Shown: positions 26,115 through 36,107, counted from the first letter of the stretch. The stretch is 64,000 bases of DNA from Patescibacteria group bacterium (GCA_041653535.1 JBAZFH010000003.1:2771-66770); one strand, 5' to 3'. Translations and numbers: made by a program. The notes: generated from the letters alone by a model not told the origin.

Positions 26115-26834
26115 ATGAAAGGTATTATTCTTGCTGGCGGCAAGGCAACTCGGTTACGCCCGTTAACCAAGGTGACTTCCAAGCAGCTTTTGCCGATTTA
26201 TAATAAACCGATGATTTATTATCCGTTGGAAACACTGCTCCGAGCGGGAATTAAGGATATTTTGATCATTATTTCCCCAGACAATGCCGGGCAATTTTTG
26301 CATTTGCTTGGTTCGGGCAAAGAGTTTGGTGAGGACGTGAGATTTAGTTACGAGATACAAGAAGAGCCACGGGGACTTGCCGACGCGTTTATTATCGGTG
26401 AAAAGTTTATTGGCGATGATAATGTTACTATGATACTTGGCGATAATATTTTTGAAGACGATCTAGCCAAAGATATTGCCAGTTTTGAATCCGGTGGCCG
26501 GATTTTTTGCAAAAAAGTTAATGATCCAGAACGGTTTGGTGTGGCGGTTTTTAGTCAAGATAATCAGGTTATGAAAATTGTGGAAAAACCAAAAGAATGG
26601 ATTTCTGATTATGCTATTGTTGGTGCTTATGTTTATGACAACCGAGTTATAGAGTTTGCTAAAAACGTTAAACCATCAGCGCGTGGTGAAATTGAGATTA
26701 CCGATTTGCATAATGCTTATTTGGATTTAGGTGAGCTCGATGTTCGATTTATTGAAGGCGGATATTTTGACGCCGGTACTTTTGATTCGCTTTTGGCTGC
26801 TGGAAATTTTATGGCACAAAAAGCAAAAGATTAA
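26115..26834 (+). CDS. rmlA: glucose-1-phosphate thymidylyltransferase
   Basis: MKGIILAGGKATRLRPLT...SKQLLPIYNKPMIYYPL matches the GxGxR nucleotidyltransferase signature; the start is placed at MKGII. Confidence 0.9.
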   Translation: MKGIILAGGKATRLRPLTKVTSKQLLPIYNKPMIYYPLETLLRAGIKDILIIISPDNAGQFLHLLGSGKEFGEDVRFSYEIQEEPRGLADAFIIGEKFIGDDNVTMILGDNIFEDDLAKDIASFESGGRIFCKKVNDPERFGVAVFSQDNQVMKIVEKPKEWISDYAIVGAYVYDNRVIEFAKNVKPSARGEIEITDLHNAYLDLGELDVRFIEGGYFDAGTFDSLLAAGNFMAQKAKD

Positions 26835-26891
26835 TCGGATAAAAAAAGAGCCGGAAAAAATATTCGGTTCTTTTTAATTTGAATTTGTTAT

Positions 26892-28259
26892 TTATTCTTG
26901 GATGGTTATTTCGAATATGCCTTCTTTGCTATCAAGTTTTCCGTTATAAAATATTTTATTTCCTTTTGGTGTAACCAGAAAATTCTTGATTTTTTCACCG
27001 TTAGCAATGTCTATAGAGTTTCTTTTGTCGCGGGCGTCCAGCTCGATAATTTTTACAGCATTATCAGTAGTAGTAATAATATAATCAGTATTTGGTATAA
27101 ATGAGGTTTGATTAATAATCTGACCATAGCGGTCAACCAACTGATTGGTGTTTTTTTCGTAATCATATATCCAGATTTCAAAATCGTTGTTATATAAGAG
27201 GGTTTTTTGGTTTGTTGACCAGGAAAAATTTTTTGCTTCTCCAAAAAGTAATATTTGATTAAAATTATTATTAATCAGATAAAATTTTTGTTTTTCCCTA
27301 TCAATAAGGGATATGGTTCCGTTTTGATTTTGACGGAAATCGAAATCCGCCATGGAGTCTAACTTTAAAAGCTTAGTCGGATTGGTCTGGCTTATTCCTT
27401 GATCCAGGCTGATTTTTTCCAGCCAATTTCCTTGTTCTGACCGGTGAGCGTAGTAAATTTCATTATTTAAATATAAAAAATCTTTGCCGTAATAATTTTC
27501 AATATCTGGTTTCTTGGTATAGAGAAGGCGACTTTCTTTTGTTAAAGTGTTTATCTGATAAAGATTGTTGCCAGAGCTGGCGTAAAGCAGATAGTCGACT
27601 TGGTCAGACCATTTTAGATGGTCGATCTTTTTGTTGATGATTCCGCCTGGCAATAGTTTTTTATCAGGGTTATCAAAGTTGTAAATAATAAAATTTTTTT
27701 CTACGTCTTGAGCAATAAATTGAGTAGAGCTAATAGACCATGATGATAGTTGTAATATTTTTGTTTTTTCTTCAAGAGGAGTGTTTTGCAAATTGTTAAT
27801 ATTAAAAGCAAATAAGTTGTTATCAGTGATATAAGCAAATTTTTTATTATCTGGTGATGGTAGTAACTGACTGGTTGGTTCTTCAAAAATGTTTACAGCC
27901 TTTTCTTTTTTAAAAAGCACCACTTTGTTGATAAAAGTGTTGACACTGCTAAAAACTTCTATTTCTTTCTCCCATGAATAATAACCGTCGGCACTAATAG
28001 CTATTTTATATTTTCCGGGAAGAAGATTCATGATACGCAGCGTGTTGTCTGAACGCGACTCTGTTCGCAGTTCGTTGTTAAGATAAATTTTAGCAGTCGT
28101 TGGAGATGGTTGGACGGAAATCGAGCCAACTTTTTGGATGTCATTTTTTTTGAAATTATAACGATATCCCGCCGTGTAAAAGATCAAAATCGGGGCGACG
28201 ATAAGAAAGACCGCGACAAAAATGATGGCAATAAATCTCCTGGTTCTTAAAGATAGCAT
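26892..28259 (-). CDS. membrane-anchored PEGA-domain protein with beta-propeller-like C-terminal region (hypothetical)
   Basis: N-terminal TM helix, then a PEGA-like block (AKIYLNNELRT...LPGKYKIAISADGYY), then long W/Y/N-rich repeats. Confidence 0.5.
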   Translation of the reverse strand: MLSLRTRRFIAIIFVAVFLIVAPILIFYTAGYRYNFKKNDIQKVGSISVQPSPTTAKIYLNNELRTESRSDNTLRIMNLLPGKYKIAISADGYYSWEKEIEVFSSVNTFINKVVLFKKEKAVNIFEEPTSQLLPSPDNKKFAYITDNNLFAFNINNLQNTPLEEKTKILQLSSWSISSTQFIAQDVEKNFIIYNFDNPDKKLLPGGIINKKIDHLKWSDQVDYLLYASSGNNLYQINTLTKESRLLYTKKPDIENYYGKDFLYLNNEIYYAHRSEQGNWLEKISLDQGISQTNPTKLLKLDSMADFDFRQNQNGTISLIDREKQKFYLINNNFNQILLFGEAKNFSWSTNQKTLLYNNDFEIWIYDYEKNTNQLVDRYGQIINQTSFIPNTDYIITTTDNAVKIIELDARDKRNSIDIANGEKIKNFLVTPKGNKIFYNGKLDSKEGIFEITIQE

Positions 28260-28409
28260 AAGCAGTGTTTTTTGTGATTTTATTATAGTTTATTTTCTTA
28301 GTAGTGGCAATTTTATCAATAAGTGTTTAAAATTAAGCCATAAATAATGCCATTTGCCTCAGAGGGCGAGAGTGGGGTATAATCTATACAAGAATTAGCT
28401 TCTTTTTTT

Positions 28410-29678
28410 ATGCCAAAATTTATTATCAGTGGTGGCGCAAAAATAGGCGGAGAAATTAAGGTCGGCGGCGCTAAAAACGCGGCTTTAAAAATTTTTCCCG
28501 CCGCTATTTTATTTAAAGAAAAAATTAGAATTACCAACGTTCCCGATATTGAAGATGTGCACCGTTGCGAAGAGCTGCTTAAAGATATTGGTGCACTGGT
28601 AAACAATTTAGGCAATGGCGTTTATGAGGTAGATGCAAGTAATATAAACAAAACAGATTTAAACCCAGAAATAGTAAAAAAGTTTCGTTCTTCCATAATG
28701 TTTGTCGGTCCGCTACTGGCGCGTGCCGGGCAGGCTCGCTTTCCTCATCCCGGTGGTTGTGTAATTGGTGCCGGCGGTCGACCCATCGATTTATTTTTAG
28801 ATGGTTTTTCTAAAATGGGAGTTGAACTAAAGACTGAAGATAAATTTTATCATTTATTTGCAAAAAATATTTTTGGTACGCAATATTTTTTCTCTAAAGT
28901 TACTGTTACCGGTACTGAGAGCATAATGATGACCGCTGTACTAGCAAAGGGCACGACGGTGTTAAAAAATTGTGCTCTAGAGCCGGAGATAACAGCACTT
29001 GCCGATTTTTTGAATAGTTGTGGCGCTAAAATATCCGGCGCTGGTACACCGACTATTACTATCGAGGGGGTAGACGGTTTGCGCGGGGGAGAATATAGGG
29101 TTATACCAGACAGGATCGAAACCGGCACCTTCGCTATTATGGCTGCGGTTTTAAATAATAAATTAAAAATCACTGATTGCAATCCGGAACACGTAGGAGC
29201 GTTGTGGCCGCTGTTTGATAAGATCGGGGTAAATTATGAGTTAGGTCATGATTATGTTGTTGTTCATTCTACTAAGGGTCCGCTCAAAGCTTGTAGTATG
29301 CAAACTCATGAATATCCAGGGTTTGCTACCGACCTGCAATCACCATATGTTGTTTTAGCTACTCAATGTCAGGGGCTAAGTTTGATTCATGAAACTATTT
29401 ATGATCGTCGGTTACTTTTTACCGATATGTTAACGCAAATGGGTGCAAATATTATTATGTGCGATCCGCATCGGGTGGTTGTTAGTGGTCCGACTAAACT
29501 TTACGCGAAAAAACTGGTTAGTCCCGATTTGCGTGCCGGTATTACTATGGTTATTGCTGGTATGATTGCCGAAGGGACTACGGAGATAGACAATATTTAT
29601 CAAATCGAACGTGGTTACGAGAAGATTGTTGAAAGGTTGATTCGTATCGGCGTTAATATTAAAAAAACAGAGGAATAA
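28410..29678 (+). CDS. murA: UDP-N-acetylglucosamine 1-carboxyvinyltransferase
   Basis: IISGGAKIGGEIKVGGAKNAALKI at the N-terminus, the catalytic-loop region ...GGCVIGAGGRPIDL, and the two-domain EPT fold; size is 422 aa. Confidence 0.95.
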   Translation: MPKFIISGGAKIGGEIKVGGAKNAALKIFPAAILFKEKIRITNVPDIEDVHRCEELLKDIGALVNNLGNGVYEVDASNINKTDLNPEIVKKFRSSIMFVGPLLARAGQARFPHPGGCVIGAGGRPIDLFLDGFSKMGVELKTEDKFYHLFAKNIFGTQYFFSKVTVTGTESIMMTAVLAKGTTVLKNCALEPEITALADFLNSCGAKISGAGTPTITIEGVDGLRGGEYRVIPDRIETGTFAIMAAVLNNKLKITDCNPEHVGALWPLFDKIGVNYELGHDYVVVHSTKGPLKACSMQTHEYPGFATDLQSPYVVLATQCQGLSLIHETIYDRRLLFTDMLTQMGANIIMCDPHRVVVSGPTKLYAKKLVSPDLRAGITMVIAGMIAEGTTEIDNIYQIERGYEKIVERLIRIGVNIKKTEE

Positions 29679-29686
29679 ATATTATT

Positions 29687-30910
29687 ATGAAAAATATTTT
29701 TCAGAAATATTTTGTTGTTTATATAGTGGTAATTTTGGTTTGTTTAAGTTTTATCGGCGGATTAACCGTTGGAAGAATAGAAAAAGGTTCGGAGCAAGGA
29801 AGGGTAAACAATTTTTTGCAAGATAATAAAGACAATTCTTATTTAGTGAAAAATGTTAATTTTCAGATTTTAGACGAAATTTGGAAGACGATAAAAAGTG
29901 ATTATCTTTATAAAGACAAGGTGTTAGACACGCAGATGTTTTATGGCGCTTTGCGCGGAGTAGTGGATTCCTTGGGTGATCAGCATTCGATGTTTTTTGA
30001 TCCCAAAGAAGTAAAAGAGTTTGAAGATGAAATGCGGGGAACGTTTGAGGGTATCGGCGCGGAGCTGGGAATAAAAAATAATCAGGTAGTTATAGTTTCT
30101 CCGTTAGCCGATTCACCGGCAAATAAGGCTGGTCTAAAATCGGGAGATAAAATAATGGCGGTTGACGGAAAAATGACAGCGTCGCTTGCTTTAGATGAGG
30201 TGGTAAGCATGATTCGTGGACCGAAAGGCACGAAAGTAAGTTTGTTGATTATCCGCGAAGGCTGGGATAGTCCTAAGGAAATAGAAATTATCAGAGATGA
30301 AATTCGTATTGACAGTGTTCGTTGGAGTATAAAAGAAGGTAATATTGTTTATATAGAAATGTACAGTTTTAATGATGATACGACAAAATTATTTAATAAA
30401 GCAATTAACGAAATATTACTCAAAAATCCTAAAGGAATAATTTTGGATTTGCGTAATAATCCCGGTGGGTATTTTGACGGTGCTGTTAGTGTGGCAAGCG
30501 AGTGGATTGACGAAGGTAATGTGGTTGCCAAAGAATCGTTTGATGGTACAAAACAAAACGAATATCGAGCAGAAGGTAAGAGTCGGTTAAAAGGCTACCC
30601 CACAGTAGTATTGATTAACGGAGGTTCTGCTTCCGGCGCGGAAATAGTAGCCGGGGCATTACAGGATTATAAAATAGCCACCCTGGTTGGAGAAAAGAGT
30701 TTTGGTAAGGGGTCGGTTCAGGAATTCAAAAATATTTCTGACGGTTCGGCGATTAAATTGACTATCGCCAAATGGCTCACCCCCAATAATCGGGATATCG
30801 ATAAAGAGGGTATTATTCCTGATATTGAGGTTGTGCCGACGGAAGAAGATTATAAAAATAATATAGATTCACAATTGCAAAAAGCCATCGAAATTATTAA
30901 AAGTAAATGA
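29687..30910 (+). CDS. ctpA: carboxyl-terminal processing protease (S41 family, PDZ-containing)
   Basis: N-terminal TM helix, a PDZ segment, the S41 Ser motif GGSASGAEIVAGALQD and the Lys motif KSFGKGSVQ. Confidence 0.9.
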   Translation: MKNIFQKYFVVYIVVILVCLSFIGGLTVGRIEKGSEQGRVNNFLQDNKDNSYLVKNVNFQILDEIWKTIKSDYLYKDKVLDTQMFYGALRGVVDSLGDQHSMFFDPKEVKEFEDEMRGTFEGIGAELGIKNNQVVIVSPLADSPANKAGLKSGDKIMAVDGKMTASLALDEVVSMIRGPKGTKVSLLIIREGWDSPKEIEIIRDEIRIDSVRWSIKEGNIVYIEMYSFNDDTTKLFNKAINEILLKNPKGIILDLRNNPGGYFDGAVSVASEWIDEGNVVAKESFDGTKQNEYRAEGKSRLKGYPTVVLINGGSASGAEIVAGALQDYKIATLVGEKSFGKGSVQEFKNISDGSAIKLTIAKWLTPNNRDIDKEGIIPDIEVVPTEEDYKNNIDSQLQKAIEIIKSK

Positions 30911-30934
30911 TTTTAATAAATAATTCAAAATTTT

Positions 30935-31195
30935 ATGGCCGCTGAAAAAGCTATCGGTAAAATAACCCATTATTTTCCCCATATCAACGTCGCGGTTGTT
31001 AAAATCGATGACGGCGAGCTAAAGATCGGTGATAAAATTCGTATCAAGGGAGAGAAAACTGATTTTGAGCAGGCGGTAGAATCAATACAGGTGGAACACA
31101 AGCCAGTAGACGTCGTCCAGGTTGGTGAAGATGCCGGATTAAAGGTAGAAGGGGTTGCTAAAGAAGGTGATGTAGTTTATTTAATAGAAGAATGA
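30935..31195 (+). CDS. small conserved hypothetical protein (beta-barrel-like, acidic)
   Basis: 86-aa ORF; it lies in a tightly packed operon with rplI. Confidence 0.45.
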   Translation: MAAEKAIGKITHYFPHINVAVVKIDDGELKIGDKIRIKGEKTDFEQAVESIQVEHKPVDVVQVGEDAGLKVEGVAKEGDVVYLIEE

Positions 31196-31204
31196 TTTAT
31201 TTAA

Positions 31205-31660
31205 ATGAAAGTTATTTTGACCAAACAGATTAATGGTTTGGGCGGTATTGGAGAAATCAAAGAGGTAGCTGACGGTTATGCTCGAAATTTTTTATTAAAT
31301 CGTTCTCTGGCCATAGTCGCTACACCGCAAGCAATTAATGAATGGCAGGAAAAAGTAAAAAAACAAGAAGAACAAAAGAGGATAGCCGGCAAAAACGCTT
31401 CAGCTATTGCTAAGAAATTAAGCGGTCTAGTCTTGGAATTAAAAGTAAAGACCAATGACGAGAAAAAACTTTTTGGTTCGATTCATAAAAATCAGATAAT
31501 CATCGCTTTGGCGGAGAAAGAATATTTTTTGAATGCTAAAGACTTGATTTTACCGGATCATATAAAAACCGTTGGTGATTATTTCGTTGGCTATAATTTA
31601 AAAGACGGCGGCAGCGGTAAATTTAAACTGCGCGTCATTAGTGATACAGGTAATAAGTAA
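31205..31660 (+). CDS. rplI: 50S ribosomal protein L9
   Basis: [31 protein letters not shown] matches the L9 N-domain signature. Confidence 0.9.
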   Translation: MKVILTKQINGLGGIGEIKEVADGYARNFLLNRSLAIVATPQAINEWQEKVKKQEEQKRIAGKNASAIAKKLSGLVLELKVKTNDEKKLFGSIHKNQIIIALAEKEYFLNAKDLILPDHIKTVGDYFVGYNLKDGGSGKFKLRVISDTGNK

Positions 31661-31670
31661 TTTAAATATT

Positions 31671-33290
31671 ATGCAAAAATTTATTTTCGTAGTTGGCGGT
31701 GTGATGTCCGGGGTAGGCAAAGGTATTTCCGTTGCCTCGATTGCTAAGATTTTACAAGGTAAAGGTTTTCGCACGACAGCGATCAAGATTGATCCTTATG
31801 TTAATGTTGACGCTGGCACAATGAATCCGATAGAGCACGGTGAAGTATTTGTAACTGATGATGGTGATGAGACCGATCAAGACATCGGCAACTATGAACG
31901 ATTTTTAAATCAAGACATTCTGCGTATCAATTATATGACCACTGGGCGTGTTTATCAGTCAGTGATCGCCCGAGAAAGAAATTTGGAGTATGACGGTCGT
32001 TGTGTTCAGGTAGTGCCGCATATCCCAATAGAAGTAATTGACCGTATAAAAAAAGCCGCAGCCAAAGCTAAAGCCGATTTTACCATTATTGAGATTGGTG
32101 GTACGGTCGGTGAGTATGAAAACATTTTGTTTTTAGAAGCGGTTCGCATGATGAAACTAAAAAATCCCAAGGATATCGCCATAGTTTTGGTAAGCTATTT
32201 ACCGATTCCCGGCAAGTTGGGCGAGATGAAAACCAAGCCAACACAGCATGCTTCGCGCGCGCTCAACTCGGTTGGTCTGCAAGCCGATTTTATTTTAGCT
32301 CGAGCTTCAGTATCGGTTGATAAGCCTCGTCGAGAAAAGTTGGCAGTATTTTGTGGTGTGCCAGCTACCAATATTATTTCGGCTCCCGACGTTGACTCTA
32401 TATACGAAGTGCCGCTTAATTTTGAAAAAGAAGGTTTCGGTAATCAAATTCTTAAGCATTTTGGTATTAAAGCGCGTCAACGTGATCTAAAGGATTGGCA
32501 AAAAATGGTCAATCAAGTTAAAGCTGCTAAAAAAGAAGTTAATATTGGAATCGTTGGTAAGTATTTTAGCACCGGAAATTTTGTTTTGGCTGATTCTTAT
32601 ATTTCAGTTATTGAAGCAATTAAACACGCTTGTCGGGTAAACAACTGTAAGCCAAAATTGCAATGGCTGAGTACTAAGGACATTGAAGATCGTGGACCGC
32701 AAGAAGTTCTAGCCGGTTTAGACGGCGTGATAGTTCCTCAGGGCTGGGGTAAGCGCGGTGCCGAAGGAAAGATCGCCACTATTCGATATTGTCGCGAAAA
32801 AAAGGTGCCATATTTTGGTTTATGCTATGGCATGCAAATGGCGGTGATTGAATTTTCTCGCAACGTTTGCGGTTTTAAAGACGCCAATTCGGAAGAAGTT
32901 AATCCTAAGACCGAGCATCCGGTAATTCATATTATGCCGGAGCAACAAGAGTATCTCAAAAAACGGCAGTATGGCGGCACGATTCGTCTTGGTGCCTGGC
33001 CGTGCAAGCTAAAAAAAGACAGTCATATTGCCAAGGCTTATGCTAATAAATTATCTATTTCTGAACGTCATCGCCATCGTTACGAGTTTAATAATAAATT
33101 CCGTCAAATATTAGAAAAAAAAGGATTGATCGTTTGTGGTACCTCACCGGACGGAAAATTAGTTGAAGCCGTGGAAATTGCCGATCATCCATTTTTTATT
33201 GGCACTCAGTTTCATCCTGAGTATAAATCACGACCGTTGGCCCCGCATCCATTGTTTGTTGAATTTGTTAGGGTTTGTTCAAAAAAATAG
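31671..33290 (+). CDS. pyrG: CTP synthase
   Basis: KFIFVVGGVMSGVGKGI is the synthetase P-loop and GLCYGMQ is the glutaminase Cys motif; the start is placed at MQKFIF. Confidence 0.95.
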   Translation: MQKFIFVVGGVMSGVGKGISVASIAKILQGKGFRTTAIKIDPYVNVDAGTMNPIEHGEVFVTDDGDETDQDIGNYERFLNQDILRINYMTTGRVYQSVIARERNLEYDGRCVQVVPHIPIEVIDRIKKAAAKAKADFTIIEIGGTVGEYENILFLEAVRMMKLKNPKDIAIVLVSYLPIPGKLGEMKTKPTQHASRALNSVGLQADFILARASVSVDKPRREKLAVFCGVPATNIISAPDVDSIYEVPLNFEKEGFGNQILKHFGIKARQRDLKDWQKMVNQVKAAKKEVNIGIVGKYFSTGNFVLADSYISVIEAIKHACRVNNCKPKLQWLSTKDIEDRGPQEVLAGLDGVIVPQGWGKRGAEGKIATIRYCREKKVPYFGLCYGMQMAVIEFSRNVCGFKDANSEEVNPKTEHPVIHIMPEQQEYLKKRQYGGTIRLGAWPCKLKKDSHIAKAYANKLSISERHRHRYEFNNKFRQILEKKGLIVCGTSPDGKLVEAVEIADHPFFIGTQFHPEYKSRPLAPHPLFVEFVRVCSKK

Positions 33291-33323
33291 CTAAGTAAGA
33301 GATAAAAGCTGAGAGTAAGAATT

Positions 33324-33908
33324 ATGAATCAAAGCTTATTGCTGGAATTAAAACAAAGCGCAGAAAAGACTCTCGCTAAAAATAAAAGATTTCATGACTT
33401 TGCTCATGCGATGGAGGTTTTAAATAATGTTGTTGCTATTATTAAAAATGAGGGCGGTGATAAAGACATTCTTTACGCCGCCGCTTTGTTTCATGACGCT
33501 TCAAATTTTCAGGAAAAAGGGATGGAGGGCGTCGATGGGGCTAAGATAGCTCGAAAAGCATTAATTAAGATTAAGGTATTTCCTCGAAAGAAAATAAAAG
33601 GAGTAAGTGACTTAATTATAAGTCTAGATAGGCAGGCGATGAGTTTGGAAGAAACTATTTTGAGTGACGCTGACGAGCTTGCTAGTTTTAGTAGATTATC
33701 CGTTGCTCGTGGTTTTATGATTTATGGCTCGCGGGGTGTGACGGTAAAATCGGCAGTCGAAGATTTTTTACGATATATTGATAAACGTTATTACAGCTTT
33801 AAACGAAAGAAATCGCATACCAAAACCGCTAGAAAGTTAGCTGAGGTTAGATATCCAGAAATAAAAAAATTTTTGCAATCTTTATATTTATGTACCCGAT
33901 CAAAGTAA
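33324..33908 (+). CDS. HD-domain phosphohydrolase
   Basis: The H...HD...D pattern is present (FHDFAHAMEV ... LFHDAS ... DAD). Confidence 0.65.
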   Translation: MNQSLLLELKQSAEKTLAKNKRFHDFAHAMEVLNNVVAIIKNEGGDKDILYAAALFHDASNFQEKGMEGVDGAKIARKALIKIKVFPRKKIKGVSDLIISLDRQAMSLEETILSDADELASFSRLSVARGFMIYGSRGVTVKSAVEDFLRYIDKRYYSFKRKKSHTKTARKLAEVRYPEIKKFLQSLYLCTRSK

Positions 33909-34582
33909 AATTTAAAAATCAACTAGTGGGTTTGCAATATCGCGATGACGCCGACCAAAGCGTAATTAACGAAATCTATAAATATCAAGAATATCGTTGC
34001 GCGGAAGAGGCGATTATAACCGCCGTTGATTCAGTCGTTGATGTTGGAGCTCACGGCGGTTATTTTAGTTTTTATGCTCGTATTTTAAATCCGAAGGTAA
34101 AAATTTATGCGTTAGAACCGGAGCGGGAAAATATTAAGTTTTTTGCTCGTCAGATGAAGGATGGCGGTTGGAAAAATATTACTTTAATCGAGGCGGCTCT
34201 GGCGGAAAAAACCGGCAAACGTGAGTTAGTCAGAGCAACGGATAGTCATAATCATCGGCTGGCTTTGCCGGGAGAAAAAGTTGATGGCAAGATAAATATA
34301 GTACAAGTTTATTCTTTTGCGGATTTTTGTGTTTCTTATAAAATAGATAAAATTTTTTTAATGAAGATTGATATTGAAGGAGGGGAGCACGAGTTGCTTG
34401 CTTCATTAAAAGATGACGATTGGAAAAAGATCGAAGCCCTGGTTATTGAATACCATAATAAACGCAAAGATGATTTTTTGCGGCTAGAAAATATTATCCG
34501 TCAGCGCGGTTATGGCGTGCAGGTGTTTCCTTCGCGTTTTGACAAGAGTATGGGTATAATATTTGCTAGACGAAAAAAATAA
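33890..34582 (+). CDS. FkbM-family SAM-dependent methyltransferase
   Basis: VVDVGAHGGYFSFYA (a G-rich SAM motif); the FkbM-like length and pattern overlap the HD gene by 19 nt. Confidence 0.6.
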   Translation: MYPIKVKFKNQLVGLQYRDDADQSVINEIYKYQEYRCAEEAIITAVDSVVDVGAHGGYFSFYARILNPKVKIYALEPERENIKFFARQMKDGGWKNITLIEAALAEKTGKRELVRATDSHNHRLALPGEKVDGKINIVQVYSFADFCVSYKIDKIFLMKIDIEGGEHELLASLKDDDWKKIEALVIEYHNKRKDDFLRLENIIRQRGYGVQVFPSRFDKSMGIIFARRKK

Positions 34583-34583
34583 A

Positions 34584-34606
34584 AACCCCCTGACAGGGGA
34601 TTTTTT
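34584..34606. terminator. rho-independent bidirectional terminator between the methyltransferase gene (+) and rpmA (-)
   Basis: aaaaacccccTGACAggggatttttt: GC stem flanked by A-run and T-run. Confidence 0.65.
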
Positions 34607-34628
34607 AAAAAAATAAGAATTTTTTAAA

Positions 34629-34913
34629 TTATTTTTTTTCCGGATCAACAGTGACAAAATTTCTCATTTTAAGTTTGCCGTCGTAGCTGCGAGTCTTGCG
34701 ACTGTAAAATCTGACGATTCCAGTTATTTTGGCAAATAAAGTGTCATCGCCGCCTTTATTGACATTAGCTCCAGCGCGGAATTTTGAGCCGCGTTGACGT
34801 ACTAAAATAGAACCAATCTTAGCTTTTTGTCCGGCATATAGTTTAACGCCCAGTCTTTTTGCTACCGAATCTCGACCAAGCGATGTAGAGCCACCAGCTT
34901 TTTTATGCGACAT
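34629..34913 (-). CDS. rpmA: 50S ribosomal protein L27
   Basis: [29 protein letters not shown] is the L27 signature; there is no adjacent rplU in the window. Confidence 0.95.
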   Translation of the reverse strand: MSHKKAGGSTSLGRDSVAKRLGVKLYAGQKAKIGSILVRQRGSKFRAGANVNKGGDDTLFAKITGIVRFYSRKTRSYDGKLKMRNFVTVDPEKK

Positions 34914-34998
34914 ATATTTTTTAGTAACTGGCAGTAGTCATCTGTCAGTAGTTTGGTATTAATATTAAGTGGCTGTATTTTAACTTATTATTTTTTGC

Positions 34999-35027
34999 TT
35001 GTCAAGGTTCTATGTACCGAGTATAAT
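34999..35027 (+). promoter_or_regulatory. near-consensus sigma70 promoter (TTGTCA-17 nt-TATAAT) driving an essentially leaderless mRNA for the downstream lipoprotein gene
   Basis: ttgtca at 34999-35004, a 17-nt spacer, tataat at 35022-35027, and the ATG at 35037 (about 3 nt after the predicted +1). Confidence 0.6.
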
Positions 35028-35036
35028 AAAGGTGTT

Positions 35037-35840
35037 ATGAAAAGATTAATTTGTTTGTTTTTTTGCTTATTTTTGCTGGTTTTGACCGGTTGCGACTCAG
35101 AACGAAGTGTTAATATTTCCGATTTTAACAACAATACCGCAGTAAAGGTTGATGAGCAGCCCAGACCAGTTTTAACAGAGATAAAAGACAGCGTAAAAGA
35201 GGCAGTGGATGACGGTATTGAAATGGTGGAGGAAAAAGTAGCCGATTTTAATACTGATGAAAAAGAAATTGGACTGCCGGAGATATTTGACCAGAAGATG
35301 GCTTTTTCTCGCCAAGCTCCTTTTGGCAATTGGGACACGGTTCATGAAGAAGCTTGCGAAGAAGCATCTTTGATTATGGTTAATAATTTTTTTCAGAAAA
35401 AACCACTGGACGAAAAAATAATGGATCAAGAAATAAATAAATTATTACCTTGGGAAAAAGAACGTTTTGGTTTCGTCGAGTCAACCACTATTGAAGAAAC
35501 GGCTATTATGGCGAGAGAGTATTTCGGTTTAAAAACAGAAGTAGTGGTCGATGTTACGGTTGATCGGATAAAAAAAGAGTTAATCGCTGGCAGATTAATC
35601 GTCTTGCCATTAGCTGGTCAAGAGTTGCATAACCCCAACTATACCGGTGCCGGACCGCTTTATCATATGTTGGTGGTTAGGGGTTATGATCGCGATCAGT
35701 TTATTACTAACGATCCAGGAACGCGAAAAGGAGGGGGTTATAAATATAAGTACGATGTTTTGCTGAACGCTGTGCATGATTGGAACGGTGGAGACGTACT
35801 TAATGGCAAAAAAGCAATGCTTCTCATTCAGTTTGAATAG
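35037..35840 (+). CDS. lipoprotein with papain-like / C39-like cysteine peptidase domain (putative)
   Basis: Lipobox LVLTGC; a Cys region (...NWDTVHEEACEEASLIM) and His region (PLYHMLVVRGYDRDQFITNDPG) are reminiscent of the Peptidase_C39_2 family. Confidence 0.5.
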   Translation: MKRLICLFFCLFLLVLTGCDSERSVNISDFNNNTAVKVDEQPRPVLTEIKDSVKEAVDDGIEMVEEKVADFNTDEKEIGLPEIFDQKMAFSRQAPFGNWDTVHEEACEEASLIMVNNFFQKKPLDEKIMDQEINKLLPWEKERFGFVESTTIEETAIMAREYFGLKTEVVVDVTVDRIKKELIAGRLIVLPLAGQELHNPNYTGAGPLYHMLVVRGYDRDQFITNDPGTRKGGGYKYKYDVLLNAVHDWNGGDVLNGKKAMLLIQFE

Positions 35841-35882
35841 CGTTATGATCAAAATATAAAATTTAATAAATAATTTAAAATT

Positions 35883-36107
35883 ATGAAAGACCTTTTGTCG
35901 GGATTTAAAACAGTCCTTTTAGAGATGATTTGGTTTTTTATCTTGCAGGGAATTTTCTTTTTTGCCTTTGCAATTTTCACATTATTTTATCCGTTTGCTC
36001 TGGTAATAGTAGTGGCTTTTTTTCTGGTTTGTATGGCGGTACTTTATATTTATTTTGGCTGCAAGATTTGGTTGATCAGACATAAAATAAACAAATTTCT
36101 CAAATAG
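35883..36107 (+). CDS. small two-TM membrane protein (hypothetical)
   Basis: 74-aa ORF with two long hydrophobic segments. Confidence 0.3.
   Translation: MKDLLSGFKTVLLEMIWFFILQGIFFFAFAIFTLFYPFALVIVVAFFLVCMAVLYIYFGCKIWLIRHKINKFLK

Noticed and set aside
34629-34913. Stand-alone rpmA (L27) on the minus strand without rplU, as a possible misassembly or pseudo-operon
   Set aside because: The gene is intact and has a shared bidirectional terminator and an upstream intergenic region. Dispersed ribosomal protein genes are common in reduced genomes.
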